Of a DNA stretch of 64,000 nt, positions 20,827-32,333 are shown one piece after another. The DNA is from Clostridia bacterium. Lineage in GTDB: Bacteria; Bacillota; Clostridia; UMGS1883. The translations under genes were made by a program, and so were the position numbers. The first letter of the stretch is position 1, and each line of letters begins with the position of its first letter. The notes beneath the pieces were generated by a model that did no database searches, had not been told where the DNA came from, and was given only the letters and a program-made list of their open reading frames with translations. The stretch is from positions 7,338 through 71,337 of the forward strand of contig JAZRFC010000081.1 in NCBI GenBank assembly GCA_045661145.1. Direction: 5' to 3'.

Positions 20827-21104
20827 AGCTAGATTTTGTTTGGCGACAAAGATGTGCAATTAAAAAAGTGCACCAACAAAGTTGATGCACCGAAAAATGC
20901 ACACCCCTCTTTGTAGCGACACAAATCTTTTCGGTCCTTTATACAAGTATGCGAAAACAGAGCATGCACTTTTACCAAAAGTAAAAATACATACTTGTAT
21001 ACAAAGACCATTATTAAGATTTATGTCGCAGACTTAGTATAACACAATTCTAAGTGAATTACAATAATAAATATGAATAAATTTGAAATAATAGAAAATA
21101 ATAC

Positions 21105-21133
21105 TTGACTTTCGGCGTGGGTAGTGGTACATT
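21105..21133 (+). promoter_or_regulatory. promoter of the hrcA-dnaK operon
   Basis: TTGACT (21105-21110), 17 nt spacer, TACATT (21128-21133), immediately upstream of CIRCE. Confidence 0.55.
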
Positions 21134-21137
21134 ATTG

Positions 21138-21164
21138 TTAGCACTCAGGGAGATTGAGTGCTAA
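21138..21164 (+). promoter_or_regulatory. CIRCE operator (HrcA binding site)
   Basis: TTAGCACTC-AGGGAGATT-GAGTGCTAA, a perfect match to the consensus TTAGCACTC-N9-GAGTGCTAA. Confidence 0.92.
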
Positions 21165-21185
21165 CAAACGAAAAGAGGTGAGCAT

Positions 21186-22244
21186 ATGGAGCTTTCCGAA
21201 AGAAAAAAAGCAATACTTCAAGCCATTATTGAAGACTATATCCAGACGGCAGAGCCCGTAGGCTCGCGAAACATTGCGAAGAATCACGACCTCGGCCTTT
21301 CAGCCGCAACAATCCGTAACGAAATGGCGGATTTGGAGGAAATGGGCTATCTTGACAAGCCCCACACCTCCGCAGGACGAATCCCCTCGGAAATGGGTTA
21401 CCGCTTCTATGTGGATTCGCTGATGCACCGTTACAGCCTCACTATGGAGGAGATTTCAAGTCTGCAGAGCAGTATGGACAGAAAATACAGTCAGCTTGAA
21501 AATGTGGTGTCCGAAATTTCTGACATTATTTCCAAGGCAACGAATTACCCTGCCATTGTGGAGCTTCCCACGGCACAGAAGAGCCGTCTTAGAAGTGTCA
21601 AAATGATGCTTATTGAGAGGGGCAGTGTGCTAATCGTGGTAGTAACCGATGCAGGCGTGGTAAGAAACCGCCATATGAAAGTAAGTGCGGAAATTGACTA
21701 CGAAATTATTGATTCTATTTCAGAATTTTTGTCGGGACAGCTTACGGGACTTTCCGCAGACGATTTTACCCCTGCAAGGCTGATGCTGATTTACGAAGCA
21801 ATGACAGAGTACGGCGATTTCTTAAAAACAGTGGTTGAGTTTGTGCTGGAATGTCTCGGCAACACTCAAAGCAGGGTGTACATCGGCGGAGCGTCCAACA
21901 TACTTAACAACCCCGAATTTGAAAATATTGAACGCGCGAGGGAATTTTTCTCGTTTATTGATAGGAAAGAGAATGTGTCCCAGATGCTCAATCTTCTGGA
22001 AACGGCAGAAGAAAATATCAGCATAAAAATTGGCAGTGAAAACAACGCTCCCGAAATGCGTGACACAAGCCTTGTCGTAGCATCTTACAATGTAGGTGGC
22101 AAGCTTCACGGAAAAATCGGTATTATAGGTCCTAAACGAATGAACTATGCGAGAGTAATTTCCTCGCTTGAACTCATAAATGCAAACCTTACCGAAATAT
22201 TGGGAAGAATGATTTACGGAAAGGATGATACAGATGGCAACTAA
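21186..22244 (+). CDS. hrcA: heat-inducible transcription repressor HrcA
   Basis: 352 aa. ERKKAILQAIIEDYIQTAEPVGSR N-terminus; first gene of the hrcA-grpE-dnaK-dnaJ order. Confidence 0.95.
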   Translation: MELSERKKAILQAIIEDYIQTAEPVGSRNIAKNHDLGLSAATIRNEMADLEEMGYLDKPHTSAGRIPSEMGYRFYVDSLMHRYSLTMEEISSLQSSMDRKYSQLENVVSEISDIISKATNYPAIVELPTAQKSRLRSVKMMLIERGSVLIVVVTDAGVVRNRHMKVSAEIDYEIIDSISEFLSGQLTGLSADDFTPARLMLIYEAMTEYGDFLKTVVEFVLECLGNTQSRVYIGGASNILNNPEFENIERAREFFSFIDRKENVSQMLNLLETAEENISIKIGSENNAPEMRDTSLVVASYNVGGKLHGKIGIIGPKRMNYARVISSLELINANLTEILGRMIYGKDDTDGN

Positions 22245-22746
22245 GAAAAAAGCAGAAGAAATCAAGGAAGAAGTAAAAGAAGAGGTAACTCCCGAAGTTA
22301 CAGAAACCGAGCCCGAAAACGAATTTGAAAAAAAATATAACGACGTAAACGAAAAATATATGCGTACTCTTGCAGAATATGACAACTACCGCAAGCGTAC
22401 TATTAAAGAGAAAGAGAGCATTTACCCCGAAGCAAAAGCGGTCGTTATTGAAAAGTTTTTACCCGTTATGGATAACTTTCAGCGCGCAATTGACTCGGCA
22501 GAAAACAAGGACGGCTTCTACGAGGGTGTAGTAATGCTGAAAAAACAGATGGATGATGTGCTTACCGCCCTTGGTGTAGAGGAAATAAAGTCCGTTGGAG
22601 AAACCTTTAACCCCGAATTTCACAATGCAGTAATGCATATTGACGACGAAGAAGCAGGCGAGAATGTAATCGTGGAGGAATTCCAGAAAGGTTACAAAAT
22701 TGGTGACCGTGTAATAAGACACAGTATGGTTAAAGTAGCAAACTAA
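22234..22746 (+). CDS. grpE: nucleotide exchange factor GrpE
   Basis: Acidic N-terminus, YLRTLAEYDNYRKR motif. ATG at 22234 is preferred over 22225 on SD spacing. Confidence 0.9.
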   Translation: MATKKKAEEIKEEVKEEVTPEVTETEPENEFEKKYNDVNEKYMRTLAEYDNYRKRTIKEKESIYPEAKAVVIEKFLPVMDNFQRAIDSAENKDGFYEGVVMLKKQMDDVLTALGVEEIKSVGETFNPEFHNAVMHIDDEEAGENVIVEEFQKGYKIGDRVIRHSMVKVAN

Positions 22747-22751
22747 CATAG

Positions 22752-24614
<1,863 letters not shown>

Positions 24615-24676
24615 TTGGCAATAATGCAAAGGGACGGTGACTTTCGCCGCCCCTTTACATTCTTTGAGGTGACAAA

Positions 24677-25813
24677 ATGGCAGATAAGAGAGATTATTAT
24701 GAAGTCTTAGGCGTCCAAAAGGGTGCTTCGGACGATGAAATAAAAAAAGCATACAGAAAGCTTGCAAAAAAGTATCACCCCGACCTTAACAAGGACAATC
24801 CCGAGGCGGCTGATAAGTTCAAAGAGGCGGCAGAAGCATATGACGTATTAAGCGACAGCGAAAAGAGAAACCGTTATGACCAATTCGGTCATGCAGGTGT
24901 CGACCCCAATGCAGGCTTTGGCGGAGGTGGTTATGGCGGCGGCTTCGGCGGATTTGATATGGGTGACATTTTTGACAGCTTTTTCGGTGGCGGTTTCGGT
25001 GGAAGAAGCTCCAGAAGAAACGGACCTGTAAGGGGTAATGACATTCAGCAGGCGATAGAGCTTACCTTTGAGGAAGCTGTTTTCGGCTGTAAAAAGAAAG
25101 TAACCATCATCCGTGGAGAAAGCTGTAACGAGTGTGGCGGCAGCGGTGCAAAGAAAGGAACATCTCCCGTGAAGTGTGCCCGTTGCGGAGGAACAGGACA
25201 GATGAGAAGTGTCCAGAACACTCCCTTTGGTCAGTTTGCTTCCACCACTACCTGTAATCAGTGCGGCGGCAGAGGAACTACCATTTCCGACCCATGTCCC
25301 GTTTGTAACGGAAGCGGACAGAACAGAACCAAGAGAGAGCTGGAGGTTAACATTCCTGCAGGTATCGACCACGGGCAGACAGTATCTCTCCGCGGTCAGG
25401 GTGAGGCAGGCTTAAGAGGAGGCGGTCCCGGAGACCTGCTTATAACCGTTTATGTTAAACCGAGCCCCGTGTTTACCCGTGAGGGGAACAATGTGTACAT
25501 TGATGTGCCCATTACCTTTGTTCAAGCTTCCTTAGGTTGTGAAATTGAAATTCCCACAGTTGACGGAAAAATTATGCAGAGAATCCCCGAGGGTACTCAG
25601 CACGGAACAAAATTCAGACTTAAGGGCAGAGGAATCCCCTCAATACGCGGCGGTGCAAGGGGAGACCAATATGTCCGTGTGATAGTAGAAGTACCCAAGA
25701 ATCTTTCATCAAAACAGCGTGACATACTTGAGCAATTTGCCAAAGAAAGCAATGACAAAAACTACAATCAGCGAAAGAAATTTACTGAAAAGCTCAGAGA
25801 TTACTTTAAGTGA
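24677..25813 (+). CDS. dnaJ: molecular chaperone DnaJ
   Basis: J domain with HPD (KKYHPDLN), a G/F-rich linker and four CxxCxGxG zinc-finger repeats. Confidence 0.95.
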   Translation: MADKRDYYEVLGVQKGASDDEIKKAYRKLAKKYHPDLNKDNPEAADKFKEAAEAYDVLSDSEKRNRYDQFGHAGVDPNAGFGGGGYGGGFGGFDMGDIFDSFFGGGFGGRSSRRNGPVRGNDIQQAIELTFEEAVFGCKKKVTIIRGESCNECGGSGAKKGTSPVKCARCGGTGQMRSVQNTPFGQFASTTTCNQCGGRGTTISDPCPVCNGSGQNRTKRELEVNIPAGIDHGQTVSLRGQGEAGLRGGGPGDLLITVYVKPSPVFTREGNNVYIDVPITFVQASLGCEIEIPTVDGKIMQRIPEGTQHGTKFRLKGRGIPSIRGGARGDQYVRVIVEVPKNLSSKQRDILEQFAKESNDKNYNQRKKFTEKLRDYFK

Positions 25814-25827
25814 GAGGAAAATTAACT

Positions 25828-26796
25828 ATGGATTGGCTTCAGGTTAGTATATATACAACTCCTGAGGGGATAGAGCCCCTCTGTGGCAGACTTTATAACC
25901 TCGGTGTAACGGGACTTGAAATTGTTGACAAGGATGATTTTGAGGATTTCCTTGAAAACAATAAGCAGTATTGGGATTATGTGGATGAGGAACTCCGTGA
26001 AAAAATGAACGGAGAAACCCGTGTGAAGATATATCTCAGCGACAACGAAACAGGTCACAAGATGCTCTCTGCTGTCCGTGATGATTTGATTTCTTTCAAG
26101 AGTATTGATGCAGACGGCATTTTTGGTTCTCTCAGGGTAGAAATTGACTCCTGCAGGGAAGAGGATTGGGAAAATAATTGGAAGCAGTATTTTAAACCCA
26201 TCTATGTTGGTGACAGACTTGTAATAAAGCCCGAATGGGAAGAAATAAATGATGCTGACGGTAAAATTGTGTTTAACATTGACCCAGGAATGACATTCGG
26301 CAGCGGTCAGCACGAAACAACACGCCTTTGCGTGGAAACTCTTGACACCACTGTAAAAAAGGGAGACAAGGTACTTGACCTGGGTTGCGGAAGCGGTATC
26401 CTTTCTATTATTGCGCTGATGCTTGGTGCAGGTGAAGCGAGAGCCGTTGATATTGACCCCAACTGTAAGAAAATTGCATACTCCAACGCAGCACTTAATG
26501 GCATCGGGGAGGATGTGTATACTGTTCTTGACGGAAATATCCTCATTGACGAAGAGTTTAAGAGTAGCACGGAAAAAAGCGGACCTTACGATGTTGTTGT
26601 GGCAAACATTGTTGCTGATGTAATTATTCCCCTTGCAAGTGATGTGAAGCGTTATCTGAAAGACGGAGGAACATTCATTGCCAGCGGTATTATTGAGATG
26701 CGTATTGATGAGGTCAGGGAAGCTATCGAGAAAAACGGCTTCTCAATTCAGGAAATTAAGAAAGAAAATGATTGGTACTGCATAATTTCGAGGTAA
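25828..26796 (+). CDS. prmA: ribosomal protein L11 methyltransferase
   Basis: MDWLQVSIYT start, DPGMTFGSGQHETT, SAM motif LDLGCGSGILS. Confidence 0.9.
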   Translation: MDWLQVSIYTTPEGIEPLCGRLYNLGVTGLEIVDKDDFEDFLENNKQYWDYVDEELREKMNGETRVKIYLSDNETGHKMLSAVRDDLISFKSIDADGIFGSLRVEIDSCREEDWENNWKQYFKPIYVGDRLVIKPEWEEINDADGKIVFNIDPGMTFGSGQHETTRLCVETLDTTVKKGDKVLDLGCGSGILSIIALMLGAGEARAVDIDPNCKKIAYSNAALNGIGEDVYTVLDGNILIDEEFKSSTEKSGPYDVVVANIVADVIIPLASDVKRYLKDGGTFIASGIIEMRIDEVREAIEKNGFSIQEIKKENDWYCIISR

Positions 26797-26801
26797 CTAT
26801 T

Positions 26802-27530
26802 GTGGCTAATTTCTACATAGATAAGAGCGATATAACGGAAAATACTGCCACAATTTCAGGCGAGGAAGCACAGCACATCAGCCGTGTTTTACGTATGAAA
26901 AAGGGTGACAACGTAACGCTGTGTGACGGAGAGGGCTTCTTTTACGAGGCTGTGCTGTCGGATTTTTCAGACAAAACAGTTGTTGCAGACATTCTTTCAA
27001 GAAGAGAGGCTGAAACAGAGCCAACTGTAAAGGTGACAATCTTTCAGGGCGTGCCGAAAAACCCCAAGCTCGAAACAATAATTCAGAAACTGACGGAAAT
27101 CGGCGCAGTAAGACTTGTTCCCATGGACACAAAGCGTGCCGTGGCAAAGCTTGACAAGGAAAATAAGGTGGACCGACTCAGAAAAATCGCCAGAGAGGCG
27201 GCAAAGCAGAGCAAACGCGGAATTGTTCCCGAGGTTCTTTCCCCCGTAAGCTTTAAGGAAGCGGTAAAAATGGCAACGGAAGCGGACCTTGCCCTGATTC
27301 CTTACGAGGAAGAGAGGGAAATGTCCCTTAAAAAAGCTCTTTCAGGGAAAACTCCGAAAACTGTTTCCGTCATGATTGGGCCCGAGGGTGGTTTTGACAG
27401 CGACGAAATAAAGCTTGCAAAGGAAAACGGAATTACAAGTGTAACCTTGGGAAAACGAATTTTGAGAACAGAAACAGCGCCCCTTGCGGTATGTTCGGCA
27501 ATTCTTTACGAACTTGGTGAAATGGAATAA
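26802..27530 (+). CDS. rsmE: 16S rRNA m3U1498 methyltransferase RsmE
   Basis: (V)ANFYIDKSDI...HISRVLRMKKGD N-terminus, IGPEGGF motif. GTG at 26802 sits 8 nt after GAGG; the ATG at 26772 is an alternative start. Confidence 0.8.
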   Translation: MANFYIDKSDITENTATISGEEAQHISRVLRMKKGDNVTLCDGEGFFYEAVLSDFSDKTVVADILSRREAETEPTVKVTIFQGVPKNPKLETIIQKLTEIGAVRLVPMDTKRAVAKLDKENKVDRLRKIAREAAKQSKRGIVPEVLSPVSFKEAVKMATEADLALIPYEEEREMSLKKALSGKTPKTVSVMIGPEGGFDSDEIKLAKENGITSVTLGKRILRTETAPLAVCSAILYELGEME

Positions 27531-27546
27531 TAAAGGAGAGATACAT

Positions 27547-28749
27547 ATGGCAATTTTTAACAGAGCAGACATTATGCTTCCCAAAAACGCAGATTTAACC
27601 AAGTGGAGCGTAGTGGCTTGTGACCAATACACGTCACAGCCCGAATATTGGGAAAAAGCGCAGGAGGTTGTAGGTGACAGCCCCTCCACACTTAACCTTG
27701 TATATCCCGAGGCATTTTTGTCCCAAGGTGACGGCAGAATAGCAAAAATTAATGACACAATGAAAGAATATTGCGACAAGGGTATTTTTGAAACCTACAA
27801 AAATTGTCTTGTGTATGTTGAAAGAACTCTCTCAGGTGGCAGAATCAGAAAGGGTATCGTGGGGGCGGTAGACCTGGAGGCATACGACTTCCACAAAGGG
27901 GTAAAATGTCCCATTCGTGCTACCGAGGGTACAGTTCTTGAAAGGATTCCTCCCCGTGTAAAAATCCGTGAGAATGCTCCTCTTGAGCTTCCTCACGTAA
28001 TGCTTCTTGTAGACGACAAGGAAAAAACACTTGTGGAAAAGGCTCAGAAGGGCGAAAAGCTCTACGATTTCGAGCTTATGGCAGATGGAGGACATCTTGC
28101 AGGCTGGATTGTGGCAAATGATGATGAATTTATGGCATCTCTTGACAAATTCTCTGCCAATGCTCCCGACGGACTAGTGTTTGCGGTAGGCGACGGTAAT
28201 CATTCATTGGCAACGGCAAAAACCTGCTGGGACAATCTCAAATCCACACTTTCCAAGGAAGAACAGGAAACACATCCCGCACGTTTCTGCCTTGTTGAAA
28301 TTGAAAATATTCACGACGACGTGCTTGAGTTTGAACCTATTCACAGAGTTGTATTTGGCGTAGAGGATGAAGAAAACTTCATAAATGCACTTGCAGATAC
28401 GCTAGGTTGTACCATGGAAAATAACGGTGGTCAGGAAATCGTTCTTGTAAAGGGTAGCGACAAGAAAACTCTTTATATGAACAACACCACAAGCCCTCTT
28501 GCAGTAGGAACACTCCAGAAATATCTTGACACTCTTTCCTATGAGGTTGACTATATCCACGGGGAAGATGTTGTAGAGTCCCTTTCCGCAAAACAGGGTG
28601 CAGTAGGATTTCTTCTTCCCAAGCCCGAAAAGAGCAGTCTTTTTGAAACCGTTATAAAAGATGGTGCACTGCCGAGAAAGACTTTTTCAATGGGTGAGGC
28701 TAACGAAAAAAGGTATTACATGGAAGCCAAGTTTATAAAACGGGTGTAG
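27547..28749 (+). CDS. DUF1015 family protein
   Basis: MAIFNRADIMLPK... start behind AAAGGAGAG. About 400 aa with sequence features typical of DUF1015. Function unknown. Confidence 0.7.
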   Translation: MAIFNRADIMLPKNADLTKWSVVACDQYTSQPEYWEKAQEVVGDSPSTLNLVYPEAFLSQGDGRIAKINDTMKEYCDKGIFETYKNCLVYVERTLSGGRIRKGIVGAVDLEAYDFHKGVKCPIRATEGTVLERIPPRVKIRENAPLELPHVMLLVDDKEKTLVEKAQKGEKLYDFELMADGGHLAGWIVANDDEFMASLDKFSANAPDGLVFAVGDGNHSLATAKTCWDNLKSTLSKEEQETHPARFCLVEIENIHDDVLEFEPIHRVVFGVEDEENFINALADTLGCTMENNGGQEIVLVKGSDKKTLYMNNTTSPLAVGTLQKYLDTLSYEVDYIHGEDVVESLSAKQGAVGFLLPKPEKSSLFETVIKDGALPRKTFSMGEANEKRYYMEAKFIKRV

Positions 28750-28821
28750 TAAAATGCACAGATCGTGCAAATGGAAAAATATATATAGGAAAGCATATCA
28801 ATTACTTAGAAATATAAAAGG

Positions 28822-28854
28822 AAGGCATTCGCAAATGTTTGCGAATGCCTTTTT
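28822..28854. terminator. bidirectional intrinsic terminator
   Basis: AAGGCATTCGCAAATGTTTGCGAATGCCTT, a perfect palindrome flanked by A- and T-runs. Confidence 0.8.
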
Positions 28855-29023
28855 GTTTTATCCATTTGCACTACGAACAAACTTCGCCTCTCGCTGTATA
28901 CACATACAGCTTCGGGTAACCCACGGCAAGCCGTGGCTCAGTTTGTCCGTTCTGCACTATTTTCCGTCCACCCTCCACACTCGGAAAGAACAGAGGCTTG
29001 AACCTATTTTAGTTAGTTTATGA

Positions 29024-29242
29024 TTATTTTCTTTCTTTAGAGTTGCTTTCACCCAATAAATAATCACAGCTGACTTTATATAGTCTTGATAAGGCTATAA
29101 TATGATGGGTCGGAATTTCATTTGTCCCGTTTTCATATCTGGAATATACCTGTTGGGTAGTATTTAAATGTGCGGCAACTTCTTTTTGGCTTAAATCGTT
29201 ATCTTCGCGTAGCTCTTTTAATCTTTGTATGTATGAATTCAT
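29024..29242 (-). CDS. small XRE-family helix-turn-helix transcriptional regulator
   Basis: 72 aa. LSQKEVAAHLNTTQQVYSRYENG HTH_3 signature. Stand-alone, with no partner gene. Confidence 0.75.
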   Translation of the reverse strand: MNSYIQRLKELREDNDLSQKEVAAHLNTTQQVYSRYENGTNEIPTHHIIALSRLYKVSCDYLLGESNSKERK

Positions 29243-29352
29243 TTTTCCACCTCAAGAAAATTTTAACATATATTAAAAAAATATGTTGATTTTACATCTG
29301 ATGTGGTGTAAAATATTGGTTGCAGGTAGTATACCTGCTGTTGCGACACAGC

Positions 29353-29392
29353 AAAAAAGGTTATGTGATTTTATTATCACATAACCTTTTTT
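29353..29392. terminator. bidirectional terminator between the XRE gene upstream region and the aminotransferase
   Basis: AAAAAAGGTTATGTGAT...ATCACATAACCTTTTTT. Confidence 0.75.
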
Positions 29393-29407
29393 GTGTTCGG
29401 TGCTGCT

Positions 29408-30580
29408 TTATCTCATCTCCTGAACAAATTCTGCAATTCGTTCCAGAGCCTTTTCAATGTTCTTGATACTGTACGCATAACTGCAACGGATAAAGCCCTC
29501 ACCGCATTCACCGAATGCCGTGCCGGGAACAACTGCAACTTTCTTTTCGTAAAGAAGCTTTGTCACAAATTCCTCGCTTGTAAGTCCCGTTGAGCTGATG
29601 TTGGGGAATACATAGAATGCACCCAAAGGCTCAAAACAGCTAAGCCCCATTTCTCTGAAACCGTTTACCATAATTCTACGGCGGTGGTCGTATTCCGTGC
29701 ACATATATTCAACATCTTCATCGCAGCTTTTTAGTGCTTCAATAGCGGCAAATTGGCTTGTTGTGGGAGCACACATTATTGCGTACTGATGAATTTTTGT
29801 CATCTGCTTTATAACCGGCTCGGGTCCGCAAGCGTAACCGAGTCGCCAGCCTGTCATTGCAAACGCTTTACTGAAACCGTTTACCGTTACCGTTCTTTCC
29901 TTCATTCCGGGAATGGATGCAAAAGGAACGTGTGGCTCGCCCGTATATGTAAGCTCACCGTATATTTCGTCGGAAAGAACGAAAAGGTCGTGCTCTTCTA
30001 CGATTTCAGCAATCTTCTCCAAATCCTCTCTTGTCATTACCGCGCCTGTGGGATTGTTGGGGAATGGTAGTATTAACAGCTTGGACTTAGGTGTGATTTT
30101 TTCAAGAAGCTTTTCAGGAGTCAGCTTGAAATTATCTTTTTCCTCGGTTTGTATGGTTACGGGAGTACCGCCTGCCATAAGAGTGCATGGCTTGTAGCAT
30201 ACGAAACAAGGCTCGGGAATAAGTACCTCATCCCCCTGCGTAACAATTGCACGGATAAGCAGGTCAATTGCCTCGCTTCCGCCTACTGTTACGAGAGTTT
30301 CCGTCTTGGGATTATAGTGAAGGTTGTATTTTCTGGCAAGGTATGTGCAAATTTCATTACGAAGCTCTAAAAGTCCGCTGTTTGCACTATAATGAGTGCG
30401 CCCCTTTTCAAGGGAATAAATACCTGCCTCCCTCACTGCCCAAGGGGTTACAAAGTCAGGCTCACCAACGCCGAGGGATATTGCATCTTTCATTTCTGCT
30501 GCTATGTCAAAAAATTTTCGGATGCCGCTCGGAGCAAGGTTTTGTATCCCGGGGGAAATTAATTTAGAATAATCCATCAT
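29408..30580 (-). CDS. class I/II PLP-dependent aminotransferase
   Basis: 390 aa. PLP-lysine context SKAFAMTGWRLGY; GEPDF and NPTG motifs. Confidence 0.85.
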   Translation of the reverse strand: MMDYSKLISPGIQNLAPSGIRKFFDIAAEMKDAISLGVGEPDFVTPWAVREAGIYSLEKGRTHYSANSGLLELRNEICTYLARKYNLHYNPKTETLVTVGGSEAIDLLIRAIVTQGDEVLIPEPCFVCYKPCTLMAGGTPVTIQTEEKDNFKLTPEKLLEKITPKSKLLILPFPNNPTGAVMTREDLEKIAEIVEEHDLFVLSDEIYGELTYTGEPHVPFASIPGMKERTVTVNGFSKAFAMTGWRLGYACGPEPVIKQMTKIHQYAIMCAPTTSQFAAIEALKSCDEDVEYMCTEYDHRRRIMVNGFREMGLSCFEPLGAFYVFPNISSTGLTSEEFVTKLLYEKKVAVVPGTAFGECGEGFIRCSYAYSIKNIEKALERIAEFVQEMR

Positions 30581-31059
30581 ATACTAATAACCTCCCGGTT
30601 ATCTTCTTCCTTTTCCGTAAAGAGGACTCCATCTTTTTTGTATGTTTTAAGCTCAAAATGTGTAGCTGTGGATACAACAGATTCCATAGGTGCAAGTCTT
30701 TCTGAAACGAACATAGCAACTTCCTTAAGACTCTTTCCCTCTACCGTTACCAAAAGGTCATACGCGCCTGACATAAGAGTAACCGATTTAACCTGAGGGA
30801 ATTTATAAATTCTCTCCGCAACGGTGTCAAAGCCGCCGCCACGCTGAGGAGTCAGCTTTATTTCAATGTTTGCACGGGTGGTTTCCCTGCCTGCAAGCTC
30901 CCAATTGATGATAGTATTGTATCCAAGGATGACATTTTCCTCTTCCAGCTCACGAATGGCGGCCTTAACCTCACCTTCTTCAATGCCAAGCATAACCGCA
31001 ATCTTCGAAGATGTCAGACGGCTGTCCGATTCAAGAAGCGATAAGATTTTGTTTTTCAT
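30577..31059 (-). CDS. Lrp/AsnC family transcriptional regulator
   Basis: HTH_AsnC N-terminus (ILSLLESDSRLTSSKIAVMLGI) plus an AsnC_trans_reg C-terminus. ATGA-type overlap with the aminotransferase. Confidence 0.85.
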   Translation of the reverse strand: MKNKILSLLESDSRLTSSKIAVMLGIEEGEVKAAIRELEEENVILGYNTIINWELAGRETTRANIEIKLTPQRGGGFDTVAERIYKFPQVKSVTLMSGAYDLLVTVEGKSLKEVAMFVSERLAPMESVVSTATHFELKTYKKDGVLFTEKEEDNREVISI

Positions 31060-31196
31060 AATAATCACCCTTTCTTTTTTCGTTATTGTACCATTATACT
31101 CCGTTTTGACGAAAAAATCTACTGTTTTTTTCGAAAATACAAAAAATAATTGAAATAAAAGGCATTTTATGTTAAAATCTATTGAGGTGATTTACT

Positions 31197-32333
31197 ATGA
31201 AATCTAACTCGATAAATAAACTTGGCTTTTATCTTACAATGCTTAAATCCCGCTATGGTAACGGGGAATATTTTATTGAAATGAAAATAAACTTTAAATC
31301 GGGAACAAAATCGTTTCCTGCCACTGTCAAAAAGGACGGTGAAGAGCTTGTTCTCACCTTTTCGGGCATGAAACAGCCCTTTTCGTGGGAGAAGATTTCC
31401 GAAATTGCAAAGGATTACGACTCTATGCAGCTTGTTTATAAGGAGCGTGGCACCGATGCAATTATAAATGCGGACGACAGAAATGTTACCCTGCGCTACG
31501 ACGATATTGCTCCCATTGAGAAAAATACAACCGCCACCGTGGGCGAAAGGCAGTATCTCATTGCACCGCCCAAGGCAAATGCCCTTTTGAAAGAAATCGG
31601 CATTATGGGACAAAACGGAAAAATCAAAAATGATATGATTCGCAAGTACAATCAGATTGACCATTTCGTGGAGCTTATTGCAGATTATCTCAAAAAGCTG
31701 GACGGAAAAATTGAGGTGCTTGACTGTGCCTGCGGAAAAAGTTATCTTTCCTTTGCACTTAACTATTACCTCAAGGATGTTCTTAAAAAAGACTGCCACG
31801 TTACGGGCGTTGACTATTCTGAAATTGTAATTGAGGCTTCAAAAAAGAGTGCAAAAAACCTCGGCTACACCAATATGACCTTTGTAAAGGCAGACCTTAC
31901 TACATACAAACCCGAAAGAAAGCCCGACGTGGTAATAAGCCTGCACGCCTGCGACACGGCAACCGATATGGCTATCGGTGCAGCTATAAATGCAGGGGCA
32001 AAAGCGATTTTTGCTGTGCCCTGCTGTCATAAGGAGCTTCTTTCACAGTATTCCTATGAACCTTTTGCACCGCTTCTGAAATACGGCATATTCAAGGCAA
32101 GACAAGCAGATTTATTGACGGATTCTCTCCGTTGTCTGCTTCTTGAAGCATCGGGATATTCCGTAACGGCGCAGGAATACATTTCCCCCGTGGAAACTCC
32201 CAAGAATCTTCTTATAAAGGCATTCAAGGATGGTAATAACCGCAAAAAGGCAACAAGGGAGTATTTTGAGCTTAAGAGAATGCTTGGAATCACCCCGAAA
32301 TTGGAAACCCTTATAAAGTTGGAGGCAGAATAA
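31197..32333 (+). CDS. class I SAM-dependent methyltransferase
   Basis: 378 aa. SAM motif I VLDCACGKSYLS, later SLHACDTATD and CCH motifs. Confidence 0.65.
   Translation: MKSNSINKLGFYLTMLKSRYGNGEYFIEMKINFKSGTKSFPATVKKDGEELVLTFSGMKQPFSWEKISEIAKDYDSMQLVYKERGTDAIINADDRNVTLRYDDIAPIEKNTTATVGERQYLIAPPKANALLKEIGIMGQNGKIKNDMIRKYNQIDHFVELIADYLKKLDGKIEVLDCACGKSYLSFALNYYLKDVLKKDCHVTGVDYSEIVIEASKKSAKNLGYTNMTFVKADLTTYKPERKPDVVISLHACDTATDMAIGAAINAGAKAIFAVPCCHKELLSQYSYEPFAPLLKYGIFKARQADLLTDSLRCLLLEASGYSVTAQEYISPVETPKNLLIKAFKDGNNRKKATREYFELKRMLGITPKLETLIKLEAE

Noticed and set aside
20829-21011. 60-aa minus-strand ORF in the thrS-hrcA gap.
   Set aside because: It has no SD, an unusual composition and no neighbours in an operon. 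The region is better explained by repeats or RNA structure.
28754-29023. 89-aa ORF, or a minus-strand tRNA/tmRNA fragment (GGTTCAAGCC-like T-loop at about 28993-29005).
   Set aside because: The ORF has no SD and an implausible composition. The T-loop-like string lacks a pairing T-stem and an acceptor stem. Only the hairpin structure is reported, as a low-confidence finding.
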